Virus record (IMG/VR): IMGVR_UViG_3300035505_000178
DNA from: a virus
Taxonomy: Duplodnaviria > Caudoviricetes
DNA length: 64,000 bases
Direction: 5' to 3' (one strand)
Under the pieces are notes generated by a model. That model had not been told where the DNA came from. It saw only the letters and a list, made by a program, of their open reading frames with translations, and searched no databases. The position numbers and the translations under genes are program-made. Position 1 is the first letter of the stretch. Each line of letters opens with the position of its first letter. Positions 46,664-57,500 of this stretch are shown here, in pieces.

Positions 46664-46877
46664 AATTGAGGACGAAGATTATAAGGCTATAATCGAAGAC
46701 ATCATCTATAGTTTGTATGGAAATGACACTATAGAAGAACAAATAGATGTTGCTATTGAAGATTTATTTGATAACAATTATCATGGAGAAATAGATACTT
46801 CTATTATTAAACGAGATGTTGCTTTAAGAATAATTGATGATTTAACAAAAAAATGTCTCTTAAAAAATTCATTGTAA
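46641..46877 (+). CDS. Hypothetical protein
   Basis: ORF track. Confidence 0.6.
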   Translation: MTKTLTIKIEDEDYKAIIEDIIYSLYGNDTIEEQIDVAIEDLFDNNYHGEIDTSIIKRDVALRIIDDLTKKCLLKNSL

Positions 46878-47155
46878 CTACCGATACTGAGTATGCTGGA
46901 ACTAAATGTGAATATAAAGTAGAAGCAGAATCAGTAGATGATTTTTCTTGTGATGCTGAATCACAAGCATATGATAACTTCCTTGATTTCGGATGTGATA
47001 CAGATGTATTTGATGAATTAGGAGTAGATCAAGATGATTGTACTCAAGAAGAATATGAATCAGTTGAACAATCTTTTGTAGATTATTATAGCTGGTCATA
47101 TCATGAGTATAATCCAGATAAAGATGGTGATTGGGATGATTATGAAGATTTATAA
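46853..47155 (+). CDS. Acidic hypothetical protein
   Basis: ORF track. Confidence 0.65.
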   Translation: MSLKKFIVTTDTEYAGTKCEYKVEAESVDDFSCDAESQAYDNFLDFGCDTDVFDELGVDQDDCTQEEYESVEQSFVDYYSWSYHEYNPDKDGDWDDYEDL

Positions 47156-47158
47156 ATT

Positions 47159-47563
47159 ATGGGATGGTCTTTAAATATATACGGAATTGATAAAGAAACT
47201 GACAAGAATATTTTTATTGTTGATATAAATAGAAATTCTGAACTTTATAGTCAGTTTCAAGATAGAATAAGTTTGAAGTTTCCAAGTGATGATGGTACTG
47301 ATCTTAATCTTGTAGAATTAGATACAGATTTAATGAATATCATTATTGCAGATATTAATAATCAAATTTATAATTCAACAGCACGTTTAAATGAATATGA
47401 GAAACGAGCAGGGCTTGATATAGTTGAAGATATTATTAGTATGAAAGATTATATTGATGAACTTAAATTTGCAGAAGCTCAAGCGTATATGATCTTATAC
47501 ATGGTTCAAGCTATAGAATTTGGGTATTCAGGATTTAAAAGTATTAAATGTAATATATCATGA
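47159..47563 (+). CDS. Hypothetical protein
   Basis: ORF track. Confidence 0.7.
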   Translation: MGWSLNIYGIDKETDKNIFIVDINRNSELYSQFQDRISLKFPSDDGTDLNLVELDTDLMNIIIADINNQIYNSTARLNEYEKRAGLDIVEDIISMKDYIDELKFAEAQAYMILYMVQAIEFGYSGFKSIKCNIS

Positions 47564-49750
47564 CAGAGGTATATGACTTAGAATGTTTATCTAATGTATT
47601 TACATATACAGGTTTTAATTATAAAGACGATATATGGTCTCAGTTTGTAATATGTAAATGGAGAAACGATTATTGTAAGTTAGTAGAACATTTAGCTCCT
47701 CTTAATCTTCAAATTGGATTTAATAATAAAAAATATGATTACCCATTAGAACATCATTTAATAAATCACTATAACGAATATAAATATCTTGATGGCGAAG
47801 AAATCAGTAGAAGATTATACGAAAAGTCACAAGAGATTATTGATATGCAGTTTAGTGAAATAGCTGATAAAAATGAGTTTATTCTTCAAATAGACTTGTT
47901 TAAGATCTGGCATTACGGGAATAAGGCACGCCTCACTTCACTCAAGGACCTTGAGATCGCTATGCGTATGCCTAATGTTGAAGAAATGCCTATTCATCAT
48001 ACTAAATGGTGTGTTCCTGGTGATGAAATAGACATTCTAGAGTATAATAAGAATGATGTATATGCTACTTATTTATTTCTGAAAACTACTTTAGGTAAAA
48101 CTGATTATTCTCTTTATAAAGGAAAGAATAAAATTCAGTTAAGAAATAATCTAACTAAAAAATTTAAAGTTAATTGTTTGAACTTACCAGATGTTGGTAT
48201 TGGAGAACAGTTAATGTTAAATCTATATGCAAGAGCTGTTGGTCTCAATCCATTTAGTTTAAAGAAAAAAGGAGGTACACCTAGACCTGAAATACATTTA
48301 AAAGATTGTATTCCATATTGGTGTAACATTCAAAGTAAAGAATTTAATCAGTTCTTAGATTTGATAAAGAATACTACTATTCGTGGAGTCAAAGGAGAAT
48401 TTAGTAAAAGTATTATCTTTCACGGAATTGCTTTTGATTTTGGAACTGGTGGTGCTCATGGTTGTATAAAACCAGGTGTTTATGAATCTAACGATGATAT
48501 AATGATTCTTGATTTGGATGTATCATCACTATATCCTAGTGTAGCTCGTTCTTTAAATCTTTATCCAGAACATCTTGGTCCAGAATTTATGCAATTGTAT
48601 TCTCAATTTATTGATGCTCGTATTGCTGAAAAACATAAACCTAAAGCAGAACGAGATAATGTACTTATTGAAGGATATAAGTTGCTATTAAATGGAACTT
48701 ATGGAAAATCTGGAGAAGAATCATCATTTATGTATGATAGACTATATACTTATAAAACAACTATTGCAGGACAGTTATTTATATGTATGTGGGCTGAACG
48801 AATGGTGAAAGAAGTACCAGAATTAACGTTTATACAAATTAACACTAAGTAACCATTGGTGTTGTAAAACCCCGTTAAATGCAGGAAACTCTTTATAATT
48901 TAACTACCGCACATAATGGTAACATATATGGTAGCACATAGTGTAATGACTATGAGATGGTAAAAACGTTAAATTTTAGACAATCCGCAGCTGAGTATCC
49001 ATTTATAGTGGATAAGAGTTCACAGACTATTCCGAAAGGAAGTACAAGCTATTCGACGGCTTGGAAACACGGGGCAAATTAATAATAATTAATTTGAAGA
49101 GATAGTCGGTACATTTATTAAAATGTAAGGATGGTATTACGATTATGCTCCCAAAAAACAAATTAGAAACAATACGAGCTGTAAATAATCAGCTTACAAA
49201 AGAGACTACTCTAGTAATAGAAGAGTCGTTGTATTCTAAAATGGTGATAAGAGACGTAAATTCGTATCAAGCAGTATATTCTGATAGTACACGTGATGAT
49301 GAACATATTAAACTTAAAGGATGCTTTGAGGTAGATAAAGAATATCACAAAGATCCTTCTATGCGTATTGTTCCAATTGCACTAAAAGAGTATTTTGTAT
49401 ATGGAGTTCCTATTGAGAAAACTATTAAAGAACATAAAGATATATTTGACTTCTGTATGAGGTTAAAGACTAATTCTTCATGTATTCCTTATTATAATTT
49501 TCTTGAAGCTGGTAAACTTGATAAAATGAGATTAGATAGAACTACCAGATATTTTATTTCTAAAAATGGAGGAACTCTTGTTAAAGATTTTGGAGATAAT
49601 AGAGTGGTAGGTGTAAATGTAGGATATAGTGTTACTTTGTTTAATACTTTTTATGAATCTAATAATTACGGAATTAATTATCAGTTTTATATAGCTGAAG
49701 CAAATAAAATTAAGAACACTATAGACGATGGACAATTAAGTTTGTTTTAA
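47560..49750 (+). CDS. Family B DNA polymerase; exons 47560-48846 + 49130-49750 (635 aa spliced)
   Basis: YDLE exonuclease motif, DVSSLYPS, KLLLNGTYGK; splicing restores QINT-DGITI motif C in frame. Confidence 0.93.
48847..49129 (+). mobile_element. Group I intron, ORF-less, 283 nt
   Basis: 5' exon ends in U; P1 AACACT/GGTGTT; P10 AACCAT/ATGGT; P/Q/R/S-like AAATGCAGGAAA, AATCCGCAGC, GTTCACAGACTA, AAGAGATAGTC; terminal G. Confidence 0.93.
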
Positions 49751-50030
49751 CATGGAAAAATATATTTTGGTATGGTGGCCTGAAATTCAAGTATATATGG
49801 AACATCCTAGGTGGAAAGAGTGTATATATTGCACTCCTTCTCCAGGAGATTGCGCCTATGTTGTACCAGAGTCATTATATAACGAAATCAATAATGATAA
49901 ACGCGATTAAAAAATTACGTAAGCATATTGCTACCTTTATGTTCGAAGAGGAGTGTGGAGCATTAGAGCTTTTCACTAAAAAAGAGATTGAACAATTACG
50001 AGATGTTTTGGAGATGTTAAAACGATTTAA

Positions 50031-50264
50031 ATGAAAGAATCAGGTTACTACCCAGCTGGAGCACAATTTGATCCTAGAGCGCCTTATAATGAGCCACAAG
50101 ATAAAGATTTTGTAGTGAGTGTCACAGTAAGTTTCACTATACGTTCTTGTGATTCGGATTTTGCTAAAGACACTGCAGAAGAAATTGCTGACTCTATTGA
50201 TAGATTAGTTAGCTTAAATGCTAGTGATGTTGTGATTGATGACTTGCAAATATCAGAAGAATGA
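50031..50264 (+). CDS. Hypothetical protein (YYPAGA..DPRAPYN)
   Basis: ORF track. Confidence 0.7.
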   Translation: MKESGYYPAGAQFDPRAPYNEPQDKDFVVSVTVSFTIRSCDSDFAKDTAEEIADSIDRLVSLNASDVVIDDLQISEE

Positions 50265-50418
50265 ATAATGGAGAGTATTTTCAATGTTCGGTAACAATTG
50301 ATTTTGCTTTATATAATACGGAAGATCCTGAAGATGCAAAATATATAGTAGAACGAGCAAAGAATCTTATTAAAAGCTATTTTGCAGATGATGTTAAAAT
50401 TACTAATTTTACAATAAA

Positions 50419-50667
50419 ATGATTTTAAAATTTTACGCTGACTGGTGTGGACCTTGTAAAGTATTAGAAAAGACATTACAGTCTATTGGAGTTAAATATA
50501 AATCTATTGATGTAGACACCAAAGAAGGAGAAGATTTAGCTGCTATGTATAATGTAAGAAATGTTCCTACATTAATTAAAACAGATATTGAAGGTGTTTA
50601 TAAAGATAGGTTAACAGGTAATCAAAGTATTGATAAAATAAAGGAGTTTTTAAATGAAACTAATTAA
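50419..50667 (+). CDS. Thioredoxin
   Basis: FYADWCGPCK, VPT motifs. Confidence 0.93.
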   Translation: MILKFYADWCGPCKVLEKTLQSIGVKYKSIDVDTKEGEDLAAMYNVRNVPTLIKTDIEGVYKDRLTGNQSIDKIKEFLNETN

Positions 50668-51511
50668 TAGTGATGTAGAAATTTGGAAGCAAGGTTATAC
50701 TTTAGAAGAAATTTATAAACATATTGAAAAATGTGGTAGAGTGTGCTATAAATCTGAAGATAAGATAACAGATGATTCCTATATAAAGTTCTGTGATATG
50801 CTTAAAAGAAGTGGACATCTTTCTGTATTTGAACATGGCACTGTATACCTTAAAATAGATGTAGTAGCTTTTGTATACGAATTTATAGTAAATCAATTTA
50901 TTAAAAATAAATATTCTAAAGTTAATATGTCTCCTGATGGTAGAATTGCTTATATTACTACTAATATGAGGGTTATTCTAGAAAATGATTGGGAGCATTA
51001 TTTAGGTTATATGCATGAGCCTTCTCCTGAGCATAAGAGAAGAATTACTGCACATTTTAATTGTTCTATTGGAACTAGTAGAGAGTTTAATCGACATAGA
51101 GTAAATTCTATAAGTGAACAAAGCACTCGGTACTGCAATTATTCTAAAAATAAGTTTGGAAATCAGCTTACCTTTACTATTCCTACTTTCCTAGAGGATA
51201 GAATTGCACCAATAAATAGATATATTCATATTCCAGATGTTATTGAAGATACTATAATAGATGAATACTTATGTAATTTATCTAATGCAGAGAAGTCATA
51301 TTTTAATCTTATTGCTTTAGGATGTAAACCTCAAGAAGCTAGAGAAGCATTGCCTTTATCTACAGCTACAGAATTAGTTCATACAGCTTTTGAATCTGAT
51401 TGGAATCATTTTATTGAATTAAGAACTGCTAGTGGAGCACATCCAGATGCACAAAAATTAGCTAATAGTTTAAAAAATCTTATTTACAATGCTGACAGCA
51501 GAGGACGCTAG
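50654..51511 (+). CDS. thyX: Flavin-dependent thymidylate synthase
   Basis: GRVCYKS, H.SVFEH, RHR......QSTRY, EAR..LP motifs. Confidence 0.95.
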   Translation: MKLINSDVEIWKQGYTLEEIYKHIEKCGRVCYKSEDKITDDSYIKFCDMLKRSGHLSVFEHGTVYLKIDVVAFVYEFIVNQFIKNKYSKVNMSPDGRIAYITTNMRVILENDWEHYLGYMHEPSPEHKRRITAHFNCSIGTSREFNRHRVNSISEQSTRYCNYSKNKFGNQLTFTIPTFLEDRIAPINRYIHIPDVIEDTIIDEYLCNLSNAEKSYFNLIALGCKPQEAREALPLSTATELVHTAFESDWNHFIELRTASGAHPDAQKLANSLKNLIYNADSRGR

Positions 51512-51737
51512 AGAATTAATCAGATGTGAAAAGAATATACTAGAGAAGCCTGAAAAGGCTTTTCTAGCTTATATTATTGAACCAAAAATAAGAGAAGCTT
51601 GTAGAAAAGGATTTAATTATATTTATATTAAAGAAAATATTCCTGCAAAAGCTTTTGATAATTTAATTAACTCTGGGTATCAAATAGATGTTTATTATAA
51701 GTCAATTCACGAATGTTATTATACAATAATATGGTAA
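51489..51737 (+). CDS. Hypothetical protein
   Basis: ORF track. Confidence 0.65.
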   Translation: MLTAEDARELIRCEKNILEKPEKAFLAYIIEPKIREACRKGFNYIYIKENIPAKAFDNLINSGYQIDVYYKSIHECYYTIIW

Positions 51738-52027
51738 AAGAATTTAATGTAATCGTATATGATTATAACAAAAAGACATTTACAGAATATAATATAATGC
51801 CTGTTCTAAGAAGAGAACTTAAAGGCAAAGATCTTCATACTTTTGAAGAGTTTAAAGATTTTGTAAAGAAAACTAGTATGTATTATTGGGCATATAAGTG
51901 TGAATATGAGATTATTCTTACTGACTGGCCGAATCAAACAACTGGTTCTAAAATTGATGTAAACAGTCAAGTTCAAATGAATATAGATTTAATAACAAGA
52001 CTTTTAATGGAGGATAGCCATGTATAA
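51731..52027 (+). CDS. Hypothetical protein
   Basis: ATG 51731; 'YYW..CEYE...WP' motif. Confidence 0.7.
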   Translation: MVKEFNVIVYDYNKKTFTEYNIMPVLRRELKGKDLHTFEEFKDFVKKTSMYYWAYKCEYEIILTDWPNQTTGSKIDVNSQVQMNIDLITRLLMEDSHV

Positions 52028-52220
52028 TTATGGAGACAAAGTTAACTTTTCAATAGAAGATGGAAAAGTTTTACAAGGAGAAATATATATCATAGATAAA
52101 CATGGTACTTTTGAAAAGCCTGGTATTCCATCTTATGATATTATGACTGATGATTGTTTATATAAACATGTAACAGAAAATTTGATTTATGGAAAGGTCG
52201 GAGAGAAGATCAATAACTGA
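52020..52220 (+). CDS. Hypothetical protein (SH3-like?)
   Basis: ORF track. Confidence 0.6.
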   Translation: MYNYGDKVNFSIEDGKVLQGEIYIIDKHGTFEKPGIPSYDIMTDDCLYKHVTENLIYGKVGEKINN

Positions 52221-52440
52221 TAAAATATCGAGATATTGTTTTCATCATGATGATAAAGACTTTATTGAAATAACAGAATGGACCAATGGAGAAGGATGGG
52301 ATATTGTTATAGATAATAAATATATTCATCTTACTCGTGGAGAATTAGATGCTATATTGTTATTAACTAAACTCTTAGACTATGAATATTTGGAAGAAGT
52401 TAAAATTTCCATGGTACACAAGATGGGGAACAACTCTTGA
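52189..52440 (+). CDS. Hypothetical protein (IEITEW.NGEGWD)
   Basis: ORF track. Confidence 0.7.
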   Translation: MERSERRSITDKISRYCFHHDDKDFIEITEWTNGEGWDIVIDNKYIHLTRGELDAILLLTKLLDYEYLEEVKISMVHKMGNNS

Positions 52441-52993
52441 TGAGTATTGTGGAATTTGGATTGATAATCCATTAAAAACATGGTGGAAAGCAAGAGAATA
52501 TTTTAAAAGACCTAAAATGAGTTTTATGTTTTTTAATGATATTTATCGTTGTTGTCCATATGCTTCTATTAAAAATGTAGGTAAGATTATTGACATACAA
52601 ATTCATGATGTAGGTTGGAAAGACAAATGGGATAGTCCAAGACATGAAAGAAGTCCATATATTTGGATTTGCTTTTTCAAACGATTTGGAATATCTATTG
52701 GATTCCATATCTATTATCATAATGAATTTGGATTAATAGAAAATGGAGACATGGAATATTGGGAATATTTACTTAAATGGTTATACTATAAAGAGAAGAA
52801 AACTCTCAGATGTTATTCTCATTGGGAAATGGATTCAAAGGTTTATCGTAAATGTGTAAAATACGGAGAAGCAGAAGATGGATCTGAGGATGTTTTCGAA
52901 CCATATAAGGTAATTATTCCTACTGTTGCAATGTCTTTAACTAAAAAAGGAGCATTAGCTTTACAAAAAGAAATATATGCGGATAGGAAGTAA
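52382..52993 (+). CDS. Trp-rich hypothetical protein, tandem paralog A
   Basis: WKDKWDSPRHE..P.IW.CFF.RFG. Confidence 0.78.
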   Translation: MNIWKKLKFPWYTRWGTTLDEYCGIWIDNPLKTWWKAREYFKRPKMSFMFFNDIYRCCPYASIKNVGKIIDIQIHDVGWKDKWDSPRHERSPYIWICFFKRFGISIGFHIYYHNEFGLIENGDMEYWEYLLKWLYYKEKKTLRCYSHWEMDSKVYRKCVKYGEAEDGSEDVFEPYKVIIPTVAMSLTKKGALALQKEIYADRK

Positions 52994-53522
52994 ATTGGAT
53001 AAATGCATAGGGTTGTTTATATACAACCCTATGAAAACTTATAATCTAGTTAAACACTATTTTAAACGTCCTAAAATGAGTGTTTATTTCTTTACTAAGC
53101 CTGATCATTACACTTATTCCGAAATTGGAAAAATTATTGAAATAAGAAGTACTGATGTAGATTGGAAAGATAAATGGTATAGTCCTAGATTTGAAGATTG
53201 TCCACGTATATGGGTTTGTTTCTTTAGACGATTTGGATTCTGTATTGAATGGCACGCATATTATAAAGATGAGTTTGGAGACACTCTTAACGGAGATATT
53301 TATTATTGGGAATATGTTTTAAATATAGCATATTATAAGAAAAGATTAACATCTTATTCTACTTGGACTCGTGATTCGAAGTTATATAAATATATTTATA
53401 AAGGAGAGGATAAAGATGTTACTAAACCCTATATTAATGTAATTCCTTGTGTATCAATGTCTCTTAATAAGAATGGAATAAAAGAACTTAAAAAATTACT
53501 TGAGGATGGCAAATATTTGTGA
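52977..53522 (+). CDS. Trp-rich hypothetical protein, tandem paralog B
   Basis: WKDKWYSPRFE..P.IW.CFF.RFG. Confidence 0.78.
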   Translation: MRIGSKLDKCIGLFIYNPMKTYNLVKHYFKRPKMSVYFFTKPDHYTYSEIGKIIEIRSTDVDWKDKWYSPRFEDCPRIWVCFFRRFGFCIEWHAYYKDEFGDTLNGDIYYWEYVLNIAYYKKRLTSYSTWTRDSKLYKYIYKGEDKDVTKPYINVIPCVSMSLNKNGIKELKKLLEDGKYL

Positions 53523-53814
53523 TAATAGTTTTTATGCTCAGAGCTCTTCTGAAGCTAATTTAGACGCAATAGAAAAATTCTTTGACGCATGGGAAGGATT
53601 AGGATATGATGTTGATGAGAAATATAGAAGAGATGATGAGTTAGAATATTATTTTGAATCTAAATGGGTTTTTCCAGAATCAGATATGGATAAATTATTT
53701 AATTCTATTCCAGATAAAAATGATATTTTTATGAGATGTCTAAGTGTAGATTACGGTGAACGCTATCATGCACTTTGGTTTTGTGAAGACGAAAATGGGT
53801 GGTACGAAGAATGA
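53506..53814 (+). CDS. Hypothetical protein (MAN.C.N...FESKW..P)
   Basis: ORF track. Confidence 0.7.
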   Translation: MANICDNSFYAQSSSEANLDAIEKFFDAWEGLGYDVDEKYRRDDELEYYFESKWVFPESDMDKLFNSIPDKNDIFMRCLSVDYGERYHALWFCEDENGWYEE

Positions 53815-54476
53815 AAGTAGCAGCATTAAGTGATTTACATGGGTATCTTCCAGAAATAGAACCTTGTGAAGTAGTATTTATTTGTGGAGACTTTTCTCCA
53901 AGAGACATAGAAGAAGATATTGTAGCAATGGAGGAATGGATTCTTGAAGAGTTCTTGCCTTGGGCTAACAATATTGAATGTGAAAAAGTATTCTTTATTG
54001 CAGGTAATCATGATTTTATAGCACGTCAAGACTTCATGTACGAAGTCTTTAATGACAAAGTTATTTATCTCTGTAATGATTCTACTCAATATGTTTCTAA
54101 AGAAGGTAAAATATATTCTATATTTGGAACACCTTATTGCAAACAATATGGTGATTGGGCTTTTATGCAAGATCCAATTGGACTAAGATTCCATTACGGA
54201 GATATTCCATATAAAGTGGATATTCTTATGACTCATGATCAACCTTGGGGAATAGGAGATGTTACTTTACAAAATGTAAGCTGGAAAGGTGAGCATATAG
54301 GTAATATTATTCTTTCTGAAGCAATATTAGAGAAAGAACCTAGACTTTTATTCTGTGGACATTTACATTCTACAGATCACAATCCTTTAAAAATAGGAAA
54401 CACCATTCGATATAATGTTAGTATAGTTGATGAAAATTACATGAAAGTATATGATATTACATATGTAGAAATATAA
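53811..54476 (+). CDS. Metallophosphoesterase
   Basis: SDLHG, CGD, GNHD, THDQP, GHLH motifs. Confidence 0.92.
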   Translation: MKVAALSDLHGYLPEIEPCEVVFICGDFSPRDIEEDIVAMEEWILEEFLPWANNIECEKVFFIAGNHDFIARQDFMYEVFNDKVIYLCNDSTQYVSKEGKIYSIFGTPYCKQYGDWAFMQDPIGLRFHYGDIPYKVDILMTHDQPWGIGDVTLQNVSWKGEHIGNIILSEAILEKEPRLLFCGHLHSTDHNPLKIGNTIRYNVSIVDENYMKVYDITYVEI

Positions 54477-54480
54477 CAAT

Positions 54481-54577
54481 ATAGGGGAGAAGCAGATTTC
54501 GGTCTGTTTCTCCCCTATTTTTTTGAATTAAGGGGAATCTGAGAGCTTATTGCTTTTGGGTTCCCCTTATTTTTTTT
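54481..54577. terminator. Tandem terminators at the convergent early/late junction
   Basis: AGGGGAGAAGCAGA-TTTCGG-TCTGTTTCTCCCCT-A-T7 and AAGGGGAATC...GGTTCCCCTT-A-T8. Confidence 0.85.
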
Positions 54578-57500
54578 AGAACTATGTACCAGCGCCACCT
54601 CCGCCACCAGTTCCATTTTTAGTATCACGTTTATACATTCTATATGTATCTTGCAAAGATCTAGGTAAAGCCTAACTCTTTGTAATTAATTCTCCTGTAG
54701 TAGTATCTCCGAATATATATCCAGCTAAATCTTTATATGTTTTAAATCCCCATTTGACAGCAGCAGGACTTGTATTATTCATAACATAATCAAATATAGG
54801 TAATGGACCTTTAAACTCTTCAAAGCTACTTGTAAATCCTTTATATATAAGTTCTGTCATAGCATTTGCAACCACATTTTTTCCATCTCCTTCTTGTTTA
54901 TGTTTTTTATAAGCAGGTGCTAATACATTTGAGCAGAGTTCATATAATAACATTGCTACAAGAAAATCAGACAATAATCTTCTAAGATTAGCTCTATTTG
55001 TCTTACTTGATAAAATATTTTCTTTTATACCTTGAATACCTCTTCCTTCATATAGTTCTCCAAATACATCCTTTACCGTTCTCATTACACCTTGAACCAT
55101 TAAAGGAATGTCCTCTAAATAAGGAATCCCTGTATCCTCAGTTGTGATGTTTCCATTTTCATCAATCCACAGTTTGTTACCATTTTCATCTTCTTTCTAA
55201 ACTTTTTCAAATTCATAAGAAGATTCTCTACGACTACCAAAATAAACATCATATATACCATTTAACCAAGTAGAGAATACTCCAATCTAAGAACCTACAG
55301 CTAAATTCTCATACATTGCTTTAGTACTTTTATCATAAGATCCATATATAGTATCTCCAAGATGTTTTACACTTTCAATTTGATTCTAAGTATATCCATC
55401 TGGAAGGTCAGTATCTAGTTTCAAAGTTAAATTTAATTCAGGATTTTGTTTATTAAATTCTTGTAAAAGACTTAAATATAAAGATTTCTATTTATTATAT
55501 TCTTCTATGTTGGATTTATCATTTTTAGCTAATAAACTAAATCTTTTATCTTTTCTCCAATTATAATTTAATTTTCCATCCTTAATATCATACGCTTCGA
55601 AAGAACCATCGTGTTTTAATTTAGCTAAGAACAATGTCATTCTATTTAAATAATCAGGCTTACTTAAAGAAAGATACATCCAATTACTAACATTAGTTAT
55701 ACCTCCTTTGTTAGTTTTATAACCTTGTTGCTATTGTTCACGATTAATATTAGAAATAAGATATTTACTATTCATCTTATCTAATAAATCGATACTCATT
55801 GAAGAATGAACTCCATGAGTTAATAAATACTAATATGCCCATAATACATCTGTAGAATCTACATCAGTTCTAAATTTAGTTGCACTTCTTACAACATTTG
55901 ACATAAATCCTCCTATTGTATCACGTATTGCAGCAACAGGATTCATTGCAATATAAGCAGTACTTATAGCTTTTCTCAAAGGAGCAATTTTAGTAATTAT
56001 CTATTTACTAGATTCTTCCATTATACTTCTATTAAATACCGAAGTTTTTAAATAATCGTCTATATGTTTAATAGTTTTAGCAAACTTCTAAGGATTTCCT
56101 TCTTCTCTAATTCCAGTTAATTTTAAATATAATAATATACCTCTAGATCTTACCAATGCTTTATTAAATTCTTCTTCCTTAAGATCATGATAAAGATAAT
56201 CAATTACTAAATTTTGAATGTTAGTTTCAAACTAATTAACACCAAATTTAGATATAAGTCTAGCTCTACCTTTTTTAGTTTCAGAACTTTTAAATTTATT
56301 ATACATCTACATATTTTCAATGTATTTATTTACTTGTTCTTCTTCTTCCTAAGTCATAATACCTTCATATAATTCTTTAAACAATTCGGTAGGGTGTGTA
56401 GTATAATACTTTGTTTTTCTTCCTAAATCTTCAAAAAATGCGGAAGGATTACTCCATTTAGTAGATTCACTAGCCTATTCTAATGGAACCCATAATGCAT
56501 TCTCTTCTGTAGAAAGAATTGTTTTAAGATTATCTCTAGTTACATTTTGAATACGTTTAGAATTAATCAAATATAACACTTCTTTTAAAAATTCTCTTTC
56601 TTCTGTTTTTAAATTGTTTGTCATATCAAAAGGATTTTTAAAGAATAAATCATTATCTTTAAATTCTATTAAATTTTCAAAAACAGAACTTTGATTACCT
56701 ACTGCCCAATTCTAAAATTTAGAATATCCTTTTTTCTCGTAATATTTTAAACACTTTAAATTGAAGTCAGAAACTTCTCCGTCAAGTCTGGTAGATATAT
56801 TATGAATACCATCCTATAATAATTTACTAACAACTCTTACGTGAGAATTATCCATATTCTAAGGTCTTGCAAATAGACGTTCAAATTCTTCAACGTCTTT
56901 TTCTTCTATTCTTACAATTCCGCTAAGTCTATCTAATGCAATTGATGCATCAATTAATAATTTAGCAGCAGAAGAAATCATTGGATCTCTAGACTTAGAT
57001 TTTTCAATAAGTGTATCAGGAGAAAGTCTAATTGCTTTTTCATTAAGGATTTTTGACAATTTATCAATTAATTCTTCTAACCTTGATATTTGAATTTCTG
57101 TTGTTTCGGCAGAAGCTAATGAATCGGATAAAACTCCACTAATGTCATGTCTCATTCCGTCAGAGTCAGATCCAGATATTAATTCTTTCAACTAATTTAA
57201 ATCGGATTTAGATAAATCAGGATTATTTTGCATTATGCTATAATATTCATTTATAAGAACTGTAACTGGAGAAACATTTTCAATTTCTTTAAAATGATTT
57301 TCCATTTTTAATTGAGGTTCTTTTTTAGATATTATAGAATAAGCTTTTACGAAGTTAGGTACAACCATTTGAATAGGATAACTTTGACTAGTAACATCCG
57401 TACCAAGTCCTCCTACAACTTGTATCTCTCCTAACTTAACATCGTTTCCTAGTGAAGGAATTATTTCATTTAATACGAACATTGTTCTCATCATTTCAAT

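Noticed and set aside
48841-49150. Two separate polymerase genes or an intein
   Set aside because: The intervening 283 nt has group I intron core elements and precise splice sites.
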